From positions 800,001 to 864,000 of the forward strand of contig OZ219754.1 in the NCBI GenBank assembly GCA_964291295.2: a DNA stretch of 64,000 bases, given 5' to 3'. Both the position numbers and the translations under genes were made by a program. Source of the stretch: an uncultured Candidatus Binatia bacterium. GTDB lineage: Bacteria > Desulfobacterota > Binatia > UBA9968 > JAJDTQ01. A model generated the notes under the pieces. The model was not told where the DNA came from. It saw nothing but the letters and a program-made list of their open reading frames with translations, and searched no databases. Positions 8,686 through 17,061 of the stretch are shown piece after piece; position 1 is the stretch's first letter; each line of letters opens with the position of its first letter.

Positions 8686-10068
8686 ATGGGGTTCGAGTAC
8701 TGGGACTTTCCTGCCGAAGCGGCCGTGCGCGAACCCCCGCCTGCCTCCATTGCGGACAACGACCGGCTGCGGCTTGAGAAAATGCTTCATGAGGGCGAGG
8801 GGCCGCCAACCGGCAGCGACGATCTGTTCCTCTGGCTCGGCCTCGATTTCGGCACCAGCTCCACCAAAATGATTGTTCGGCTTCCCTTTGAAGCGGGGGA
8901 ACCGACCATCGCCATCCCCGCCCCTTCTTTCTGCCGCGGGGAAGGCAATCCCTATCTCTGGAAGACCGTGCTCTGGCTGCGAAATGACGGTGGCTTTCGT
9001 CCCTATCCGGAAGCTGGAACAAAAGTCCTGAATACGCTGAAACAGGGAATCATCCGCCGCCCTGGCGACACGACCCTTGCCGAGACCATCGTCGCATCAA
9101 GCCGAGCCCAGGCAGTCGTCGCCTACCTCGCCCTTGCCATCCGGTACGCCCGAGGCTGGTTGTTGCTCAATCGAAAGAGCCTCTTTCGAAGGGGCCTCTT
9201 TCGGAGACGCAAGCCTGTCTGGTTCGTGAACATCGGCATGCCAGCGGCAAGCTACAACGAGCCTGATCTTGCAGTTCGCTACCGGCACATCGGGGCTGCC
9301 GCACTGCAACTGGCGAACTCCAGGCAGGCCATCACCACCGACACGACGCAGAGCTTTCTCGGAGACCACAAAGTAGCAGAGGCGGGGGAATCGGAGCAGG
9401 TTGCGGCAGATCTCGGCGTCGCCGTAGTACCCGAAACGGCGGCCGAAATGATGGGCTTCACCAAGTCGACCCGCAGCGCCCCCGGCCTCTACCTTACGTT
9501 GGACGTCGGGGCGATGACCCTCGACGCCTGCATGTTCCGGCTCACGCACCGGTTGGATCAGGAGGGGGTGGGGATGGACCACTACCTCTTCATGGCGACG
9601 CAAGTCCGGCCGCTCGGGGTGGAATCATTCCATTGGTTCCTGAGCGAGGGCAAGACCGAACCCGACTTCATTCACCAATGCGAACGTATGCTCTGGTATG
9701 TCGTATGGCACACCAAGCAGGACCGCGATCCTCACGCCGACGAATGGAAGCCCGGAAACAGCCTGCCCGTTTTCCTGACAGGTGGCGGAGCAGAGAATCG
9801 TCTGCATCTGGACATCGTAAAATCTCTCGACCCCTGGCTGAGGCAGTTTCTTCCTGAGAGCGGCGTCCGGCTCATCGACCCGCCAGTGCCAATGCCGCAA
9901 ACGCTTGATCTGCCGGAGCCAATTCAGCATCCCCGCAGAATAAACACTGCTTGGGGCCTGAGCTATCCGGAAATCGGCCGTATCCACCCAACCCACTCCA
10001 TCACCGACATCAAGCCTCCGACCCGGAGAGACTATGGCGATGCCTTTGTCTCCAAGGACCAGATCTGA
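8686..10068 (+). CDS. Uncharacterised actin/Hsp70-fold (ASKHA) ATPase, 460 aa
   Basis: Phosphate-1 LGLDFGTSSTK, connect-1 VVPETAA, phosphate-2 LDVGAMTLD, adenosine FLTGGGA, connect-2 TAWGL. Starts 5 nt after the helicase stop, with its GGAGG RBS inside the helicase 3' end. Confidence 0.8.
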   Translation: MGFEYWDFPAEAAVREPPPASIADNDRLRLEKMLHEGEGPPTGSDDLFLWLGLDFGTSSTKMIVRLPFEAGEPTIAIPAPSFCRGEGNPYLWKTVLWLRNDGGFRPYPEAGTKVLNTLKQGIIRRPGDTTLAETIVASSRAQAVVAYLALAIRYARGWLLLNRKSLFRRGLFRRRKPVWFVNIGMPAASYNEPDLAVRYRHIGAAALQLANSRQAITTDTTQSFLGDHKVAEAGESEQVAADLGVAVVPETAAEMMGFTKSTRSAPGLYLTLDVGAMTLDACMFRLTHRLDQEGVGMDHYLFMATQVRPLGVESFHWFLSEGKTEPDFIHQCERMLWYVVWHTKQDRDPHADEWKPGNSLPVFLTGGGAENRLHLDIVKSLDPWLRQFLPESGVRLIDPPVPMPQTLDLPEPIQHPRRINTAWGLSYPEIGRIHPTHSITDIKPPTRRDYGDAFVSKDQI

Positions 10069-10345
10069 CTACGGCCAACCGCCGGACCGGCGCCCCGCTT
10101 GCAACAACTCTTAACATCCTTGGCCCGACACCCATCGATCCTGTACTCAAGGCCCTCCGCCGCCGACGCCAGCGAGTCATCCCACGGACTTCGCCGACCC
10201 ATGTCCTTCAATGACCTCGACCCGACAGGCGCGGTTCCGCTTTCGTTCGGTCTGCGTTCTCCAGCTTGCAACTCGCCGGCAACGTGGCATGGTGGGGAGA
10301 TGGAGGAGTCGTGACGCGCACGGTGTCACGGGAAAGGAGACCCGC

Positions 10346-10990
<645 letters not shown>

Positions 10991-10997
10991 CGCGGCG

Positions 10998-11525
10998 CTA
11001 CTCCGCCAGGAGCCGCTGGATGATCTCTTCCATCTCGTCGTAGCCGCCCTCGCCGAAACGGGTGTACCGGACCACGCCCTTTCTGTCGATGATGTGCAGC
11101 GTGGGCCAGTAGCGCGTGCGGTAGCGCTTCCAGGTCGCGAAATCGTTGTCCTGCGCCACGGGAAACCTGATTCCCAACTCCCGGCAGGCATTCCGGACGT
11201 TTTCCAGCGCGTGTTCCCAGGCAAACTCCGGCGAGTGGATACCCACCACGACGAGGCCCTCGGAACCATATCTTTCGTGCCACTCCGTCAACGACGGCAT
11301 GGTGTTGAGACAGTTGATTCAGCCGTAGGTCCAGAACTCGACGAGAACCACCTTCCCCTTGAGATCCTTCAGCCTGAGCGGCTCCGAGTTGATCCAGGTG
11401 TCGTTGGCGAACTCCGGCGCCGGCCGGCCCACCAGCGAAGCCGCGGCGCTGCCGGACGCCGCCAGGATCATGAAGCCCAGAAGAACCGCGAGCCCCGGCG
11501 CACGCCATCTTGATGAACGCTGCAT
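10998..11525 (-). CDS. Exported TlpA/DipZ-like redoxin with UxxC active site (probable selenoprotein; in-frame TGA at 11319-11321)
   Basis: Two in-frame ORFs join as ...LKGKVVLVEFWTYG-TGA-INCLNTMPSL...GIHSPEF...YWPT...GEGGY. The TGA sits at the first Cys position of CxxC. Hydrophobic signal-like N-terminus. Confidence 0.85.
11278..11299 (-). promoter_or_regulatory. Candidate bacterial SECIS hairpin
   Basis: On the minus strand CCGTC-GTT-GACGG (11285-11297); the apical G follows the UGA after a 26-nt spacer. Confidence 0.5.
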
Positions 11526-11629
11526 GCGAGTCACACCTCCAGAATCAATTTGCCTTTCGGCCAGTTTCTACCTTGATTTTTTGTTTGCCGGAAATCGCAT
11601 GGATCTCGGGATCCACGAAAGGGAATTGG

Positions 11630-12137
11630 TCAGAAGGCGCCTTTCCTGACACGGTTGGCGACGACCCATTCTTGCACAATGCGAGGCATCTCCTCGACCA
11701 CTTCGCGCCCGAACAGAACCTCATCGACGTAGCCCATGTGAAGCATGTCGAATATCCGACAGAGATAAGCCTTGCCGCAGTTCCACCAGGTAAACCAGGA
11801 ATCGACCATCAAATAGTGCCTGATGTTGATGGACTCGCGTCCCCGAAGCTCTTCAAGTTCCATCCCGTCAAGCAGTGTCTCGTACACCCCGTCGGCGACA
11901 CGGCTCCCGAACGTCGTTGTGTAGTAGTATTCCTTGATCTCCCGGATGGCGATTGGGTTGATTGCGGAAGGGAACGCACCGTCCACCCTCCTTCAGCTTG
12001 TCGAAGGCAGACACCATCTGCTTCGCCGTGGGCACGATGATCGTCTCACCCCCACTATAGCCAACGGTCTGGCTGAGAGACCGCACGCATGCCCAGAAGG
12101 ACTTCGGCTTCCTGAGGAATTTCTCATTCGGTTTCAT
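11630..12137 (-). pseudogene. Putative type II restriction endonuclease, internally deleted and frameshifted
   Basis: N-terminus MKPNEKF...FWACVRSLSQTVGY joins out of frame at ~11992 to RRVDGAFPSAINPIAIREIKEYYYTTTFGSRVADG (D...ExK nuclease-like motif). Overlaps the HTH gene stop and is divergent from an N6A MTase. Confidence 0.7.
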
Positions 12138-12381
12138 TGGGGCGGTCCAGTTGCGCCTCCAACTTGCGGACAAAGTCGGTCAGAGAAACGCCAAGGGCGG
12201 CGCAGACTTCGCGCAGTTCAAGCACGTCGAGACGACGCTCGCCCAATTCGTATTTGCTGATCATCGACTGTGGGACGCCCATCCGCTCAGCAATATCGAC
12301 CTGCCGTACCCCCGCCCGTGTACGGGTCTCCTTGAGCAAGGTCACGAAGACCCGATGCTCCCGAGTGCCAATCTTCGCCAC
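12124..12381 (-). CDS. XRE-family HTH regulator (probable R-M controller, C protein)
   Basis: LLKETRTRAGVRQVDIAERMGVPQSMISKYELGERRLDVLEL; directly upstream of and overlapping the nuclease gene. Confidence 0.85.
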   Translation of the reverse strand: MAKIGTREHRVFVTLLKETRTRAGVRQVDIAERMGVPQSMISKYELGERRLDVLELREVCAALGVSLTDFVRKLEAQLDRPNETE

Positions 12382-12482
12382 GGTGCCCCTATGATTCCCT
12401 TGCGGTATAGTCACCGTGCCCTTATACATGCCCTTGCGGAATATCCCATCTTCCTGTATTTTATGATCATCGGGAGGGCACG

Positions 12483-13385
12483 ATGCAGGCAGTCTTGAAT
12501 TTCGACGAGGTGGTTCTGGCGGTTGACGAGAACACAACCTCGGGCGTCGTTCCGTTCAAATCGCAGCTCCTGAAATGGATCGGGAACAAACAGCGCTTCG
12601 CGCATGAGATCATTTCATTTTTCTCCAGCCGTTTCCGGATGTATCATGAGCCGTTTCTCGGCTCTGGAGCCGTACTCGGGGTACTGGCGCCCCGTAGGGC
12701 CGTAGCAGCGGATAGCTTCAAGCCGCTCATCGACATCTGGAAGACATTGCGGAGCGATCCCGAAATGGTCAAGGATTGGTATCGAAGCCGCTGGCTGGAA
12801 GCCCAAGAGGGCGACAAGGTCTCTCAGTATGAGAAGATAAAAGCGCGATACAACGAGAGAGCCAACGCGGCGGATTTCTTGTTCCTGACACGCGCAGCCT
12901 ACGGTGGGGTGGTCCGTTTCCGCAAGGCGGACGGCTACATGTCGACACCTTGCGGGATACATGAACCGATCCACCACGGTTCGTTCAGCCGTCGGGTGGA
13001 CGAGTGGTGGAAACGGGTTCGTGGGACCGAATTTCATCATCGGGAATATGAAGAGTCGCTAAAGTGCGCGAAAGATGGAGACATCGTGTACTGCGACCCC
13101 CCATACAGTCACAGCCAGGCAATCCTGTACGGAGCCCAAGGGTTCTCTCCCGACGACATGTTCCGCCAGATTGATGCGGCAAAACGGCGGGGAGTGTTTG
13201 TCGCCCTAAGCCTCGATGCGTCGAAAAAGTCCGGAGGCACGAGCTGCGATTACGATATTCCACCTGGCCTCTTTGCGCGCGAGGCGGCCGTGAACTGCGG
13301 GCGATCCATGCTCAAGCGTTTTCAGATGGTTGGAAAAACACTGGAGCATGAAGTCGTAACCGATCGTTTGCTGCTTACACACTAA
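12483..13385 (+). CDS. Dam-family (D12 class) N6-adenine DNA methyltransferase
   Basis: LKWIGNK, EPFLGSGAV (motif I), YCDPPY (motif IV). Exact start uncertain. Confidence 0.92.
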   Translation: MQAVLNFDEVVLAVDENTTSGVVPFKSQLLKWIGNKQRFAHEIISFFSSRFRMYHEPFLGSGAVLGVLAPRRAVAADSFKPLIDIWKTLRSDPEMVKDWYRSRWLEAQEGDKVSQYEKIKARYNERANAADFLFLTRAAYGGVVRFRKADGYMSTPCGIHEPIHHGSFSRRVDEWWKRVRGTEFHHREYEESLKCAKDGDIVYCDPPYSHSQAILYGAQGFSPDDMFRQIDAAKRRGVFVALSLDASKKSGGTSCDYDIPPGLFAREAAVNCGRSMLKRFQMVGKTLEHEVVTDRLLLTH

Positions 13386-13554
13386 GGATAGTCTGAGCAA
13401 GTCCTGTAGGGTACATGGGGCAGCATGAGGGAAGGAGGGGAAAGAATGAAGCAGGCGACGTTGGGGAGGTGGAGCATGATGCGAAGAAGCGAGTGACGCG
13501 GCGGGAAGTATTTCTTGCGAAGATGGAGAATTGGACCTTTTGTTCAGACCTTCC
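13386..13554 (+). mobile_element. IS5-derived non-autonomous mini-element (169 bp)
   Basis: Imperfect terminal IRs GGATAGTCTGAGCAA / TTGTTCAGACCTTCC. Internal frameshifted IS5-type transposase start MKQATLG/EVEHDAKKRVTRREVFLAKME. Preceded by CTAA. Confidence 0.8.
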
Positions 13555-13588
13555 TCAGGACTCGTCCGTGCAGCGTCAGGACTCATTC

Positions 13589-14479
13589 ATGCTCTATGAC
13601 TATGTCGCCTTTCCCGACCGACCGCCGCTGCACTGGCCCCACGGTGCCCGGGTGGCGCTGATCTTCACCATCAACATCGAATACTGGGAGATGACCCGGG
13701 ACAACGACGCGCCCCTCTACCCCGGCGGCCCGGCCACCATCCCCCACGTGCTGCCGGGCAACGTCCCCGACTACGCCAACTGGACTTGGCGCGAGTATGG
13801 CCAGCGCGTGGGCGTGTGGCGCATCATCGACGTGTTCGACCGGGCCGGGGTGCCCGCCACCTGCACCATGAACGCCCTCACCGGCATCGAGCGGCGCCGC
13901 ATCATCGACGCCGTCAACGAGCGCGGCTGGGAGATCCTGGCCCACAACTACGCCCAGAACGATGTGCTCACCGACTACGCGAACCAGCCGGACCGGGAGC
14001 GCCAGGTAATCCGCCGGACCCTGGACGCCTACGCCGAGGCGGTGGGCCGTCCCGCCCGGGGCTGGCTGTCCTCGTCGCTGCGGAGCACCCACGAGACGCC
14101 CCACATCCTGAAGGAGCTGGGGCTGCTGTTCCAGGCGGACTACCTGAACGACGACCAACCCTATCGGCTCAACACCCGCCACGGCCCGCTGGTGTGCATT
14201 CCGTACTCCAACGACGTCAACGACTTCGCGGTATTCTCCCGCGGCGGCAGGACCACGTCCCAGGCCCTGGAGCTGTTCCGGGAACAGTTCGATCAGCTCT
14301 ACCTGGAGGGCGCCGCCAGCGGGCGCATCATGAACGTCGGCATGCACCCCCACGTCATGGGCCAGGCCTACGCCATCCGCGCCCTGCGGGAGTTCGTGGA
14401 CTACGTGAAGACCTTTGACCGAGTGTGGTATCCCCAGCGCCAGGAAATGGCCGAGTGGTTCCTGGAGAACCATCCGTAG
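13589..14479 (+). CDS. Polysaccharide deacetylase family (PuuE/allantoinase-like) amidohydrolase
   Basis: RPPLHWPHGARVAL, EYGQRVGVWR, GWEILAH, DDQPY, MHPHVMGQ. The ORF-track N-terminal extension is IS sequence. Confidence 0.85.
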   Translation: MLYDYVAFPDRPPLHWPHGARVALIFTINIEYWEMTRDNDAPLYPGGPATIPHVLPGNVPDYANWTWREYGQRVGVWRIIDVFDRAGVPATCTMNALTGIERRRIIDAVNERGWEILAHNYAQNDVLTDYANQPDRERQVIRRTLDAYAEAVGRPARGWLSSSLRSTHETPHILKELGLLFQADYLNDDQPYRLNTRHGPLVCIPYSNDVNDFAVFSRGGRTTSQALELFREQFDQLYLEGAASGRIMNVGMHPHVMGQAYAIRALREFVDYVKTFDRVWYPQRQEMAEWFLENHP

Positions 14480-14488
14480 GGAGGTCTC

Positions 14489-15538
14489 GTGAAACCGTAT
14501 CGAGTCGCCTTGATTCAGCAGCAGACCCGGGTCATCGTCGAGCCGGGGGAGCGTGACGCCATCATCGACGAAAACCTCGGGCGCATCTTCGAGTTGCTGG
14601 ACTGGACCGCGCTGCGCCTCGGGGACGTGAAGCTCGCCGTGTTCTCGGAGTACGGCATCATCGGACAGTACCGGCCGCGGTCGGTGGACGAATGGCTGGC
14701 GCTGGCGGAGACCATCCCCGGCGACGTCACCGAGCGGATCGGCCGCAAGGCCCGGGAACGGGGCTGCTACATCGCGGGCAATCTCTACGAACGGGACGAC
14801 GACTGGCCCGGACGGCTCTTCAACACCAGCTTCATCGTCGATCCGGACGGCGTCGTCGTCCTCAAGTACCGGAAGAACAACGGTCCCAACAACCTCAACA
14901 CCACCTACACCGGCCCCGGCGACGTCTATTCCGAATATACCGAACGCTACGGCGAGGACTCCATGTTTCCAGTGGCCGAAACCGAAATCGGCCGGCTGGG
15001 GTGCCTGACCTGCACCGACGTGGTGTTCCCGGAAATGGCCCGCTGCCTGGCGCTGCGCGGCGCCGAGGTGCTGATCCACCCCACGGCCGAGCCCTACGCC
15101 CCGGAAGGCGAGGCCTGGGATGTGCTCCGGCGCGCCCGCGCCTACGAGAATCTGTGCTACTTCCTCTCGGTCAACTGCGGCGCCTTCGTGGGCTCCAACC
15201 GTCCCACCGGCGGCTACCGCGGCATGACCCAGGTCATCGACTACATGGGACACGTCCAGTCCGCGGCCACCGCTCCCGGCGAGGCGGTGGTCACCGGCAT
15301 GGTGGATATCGACAACCTCCGTTGGGAACGCACGCGCATGGCCGACTCGGGCCACGTGTGGAACTTCCTGGTGGAGTTGCGGAGCGACCTCTACGCCCCG
15401 GTGTACGCCAAGGCGAAGCGCTGGCCCAACGACGGCTGGCGCCACCGCAAGCTGCAGGACACCGCGGAGACCCGCGCCGAGGCCCGCAGGATCATTGATC
15501 GGCTGGTGCGGGAGGGACACCTGGTCAAGCCGGAATGA
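14489..15538 (+). CDS. Nitrilase/carbon-nitrogen hydrolase family protein
   Basis: FSE (Glu), YRK (Lys), CLTCTD (Cys) catalytic triad motifs; ARAYEN. Confidence 0.85.
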   Translation: MKPYRVALIQQQTRVIVEPGERDAIIDENLGRIFELLDWTALRLGDVKLAVFSEYGIIGQYRPRSVDEWLALAETIPGDVTERIGRKARERGCYIAGNLYERDDDWPGRLFNTSFIVDPDGVVVLKYRKNNGPNNLNTTYTGPGDVYSEYTERYGEDSMFPVAETEIGRLGCLTCTDVVFPEMARCLALRGAEVLIHPTAEPYAPEGEAWDVLRRARAYENLCYFLSVNCGAFVGSNRPTGGYRGMTQVIDYMGHVQSAATAPGEAVVTGMVDIDNLRWERTRMADSGHVWNFLVELRSDLYAPVYAKAKRWPNDGWRHRKLQDTAETRAEARRIIDRLVREGHLVKPE

Positions 15539-17016
15539 GGAGCCCGCCGCCGGTGTCATCGCGCGAAACCGATGTGGCCGTGGTGGGCTACGGCGGCGCC
15601 GGCGCCACCGCCGCCATCACCGCGGCGGACCTCGGGGCCAAGGTGCTGGTGGTGGAGAAGGAGTCCTCGGGCGGGGGCAACACGAAGCTCTCCGCAGGCT
15701 CCGTGCGGACCTTCGGCGACTTCCACCGGGCGGTGGCACACATCGCCTTCCTGTGCGGCGGAACCACCGATACGGCCGTGATCGAGGCGCTGGTGCGCGA
15801 GAGCCACCAGAACGAGCCGTGGCTCCGCGCTCTCGGCGGGGCGGTGGTCGTCGATCCGATCCAATCCGTCCCCACCCGTTATCCGATCTATCCGACGGGC
15901 GCCGCCTCGCCGGAGCAGCCCGGCGCGGACGGCGTCGGGCCGCGGCTCCGGGTCAAGGGTGCCACCACGGCCAACGGACGCGACCTGTGGGAGCTGCTGG
16001 CCGGCAATGTGGCCGCGCGGAGCATCCCGGTGCTGTTGGACTGCCCGGCAATCCGGCTGCTGCGCGACGGAGACGGCACGATCAACGGCCTGACCGCGAG
16101 GCGGGGCAGGGAAGAGATCGTCATCCGGGCGCGCAAGGCGGTGATCCTCGCCTGCGGCGGCTATGAACGGGACCCGGACATGCAGCTTCAGTTCCTGGGG
16201 CAGCGCTACGAGTCCCTGGGCGCCTCCAGTCACACCGGCGACGGCATCCGTCTGGCCGCCGACGCGGGCGCATCCCTGTGGCACATGAACGCGGTCGCCG
16301 CGGGCTTCGGCTATCGCGTGGAGGGATTCGACTGCGCCGTCCTCCACGCCATGCCGGCACCGGGGTTCATCTACGTGGACCGGCGCGCGCACCGTTTCGT
16401 GAACGAGACGGCCATGGACGCCCACGCGGTGGGGTCCATGGTGACGGAGCTGGATCTGGAGACCATGGAGCAGCCCCGGGTGCCGTGCTTCGTGGTGTTC
16501 GACGAAAAGACCCGCACGGCCGGTCCCGTGGCCGACACCGGCCGCGGCGCGGTGGCCGGGCGCTACCGGTGGAGCGGCGACAATGCCGCCGAGGTGGCCG
16601 CGGGCTGGATCAGGACGGGGGACACGGCCGCGGCCCTGGGCGCGGCGCTCGGCCTGAACCCGGCGTTGCTGGAGCGCACCGTCGGCGAATACAACCGTGC
16701 CTGCACCGAGGGCCGGGACGAAAGGTTCGGGCGCTCCCCCGGCACGCTGAGGGCGCTGGACCGTCCCCCGTTCTACGGCGCGGCGCTGTGGCCGAGCCTG
16801 TTCAACACCCAGGGCGGCCCGCGGCGAAACGCCCGCGCCCAGGTGCTGGACGCCTGGAGCCGTCCCATCCGGGGACTGTACGGCGCCGGCGAACTGGGCT
16901 CCATGTGGTCCCGGAACTACCCCGGTGCCGGCAATCTCACCGAGGTGCTGGCCTTCGGCCGCATCGCCGGTCGCAACGCCGCGGGCGAGACGCGCCGCGA
17001 CCCGCGGTCCGGGTGA
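15535..17016 (+). CDS. FAD-binding oxidoreductase (fumarate reductase/3-ketosteroid dehydrogenase-like)
   Basis: VVGYGGAG, GGNT, ILACGG, TGDG, TQGG, GLYGAGE, FGRIAG. Confidence 0.88.
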   Translation: MRSPPPVSSRETDVAVVGYGGAGATAAITAADLGAKVLVVEKESSGGGNTKLSAGSVRTFGDFHRAVAHIAFLCGGTTDTAVIEALVRESHQNEPWLRALGGAVVVDPIQSVPTRYPIYPTGAASPEQPGADGVGPRLRVKGATTANGRDLWELLAGNVAARSIPVLLDCPAIRLLRDGDGTINGLTARRGREEIVIRARKAVILACGGYERDPDMQLQFLGQRYESLGASSHTGDGIRLAADAGASLWHMNAVAAGFGYRVEGFDCAVLHAMPAPGFIYVDRRAHRFVNETAMDAHAVGSMVTELDLETMEQPRVPCFVVFDEKTRTAGPVADTGRGAVAGRYRWSGDNAAEVAAGWIRTGDTAAALGAALGLNPALLERTVGEYNRACTEGRDERFGRSPGTLRALDRPPFYGAALWPSLFNTQGGPRRNARAQVLDAWSRPIRGLYGAGELGSMWSRNYPGAGNLTEVLAFGRIAGRNAAGETRRDPRSG

Positions 17017-17061
17017 ACGCCGCGCGAAGCGACGCAGGGAAACAGGGAGGAGGCGACCCCT

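Noticed and set aside
8686-10068. Calling the actin-fold protein dnaK, mreB or ftsA
   Set aside because: Only the generic fold motifs are shared. There is no DnaK substrate-binding domain and no cell-shape or division gene context.
12400-12475. C-box operator for the R-M controller
   Set aside because: Only weak, imperfect inverted repeats (e.g. AATA...TATT around 12440-12460); not distinguishable from chance by eye.
13415-13588. N-terminal extension of the 354-aa deacetylase ORF
   Set aside because: It is IS5 transposase and IR sequence that happens to be in frame; the enzyme starts at ATG 13589.
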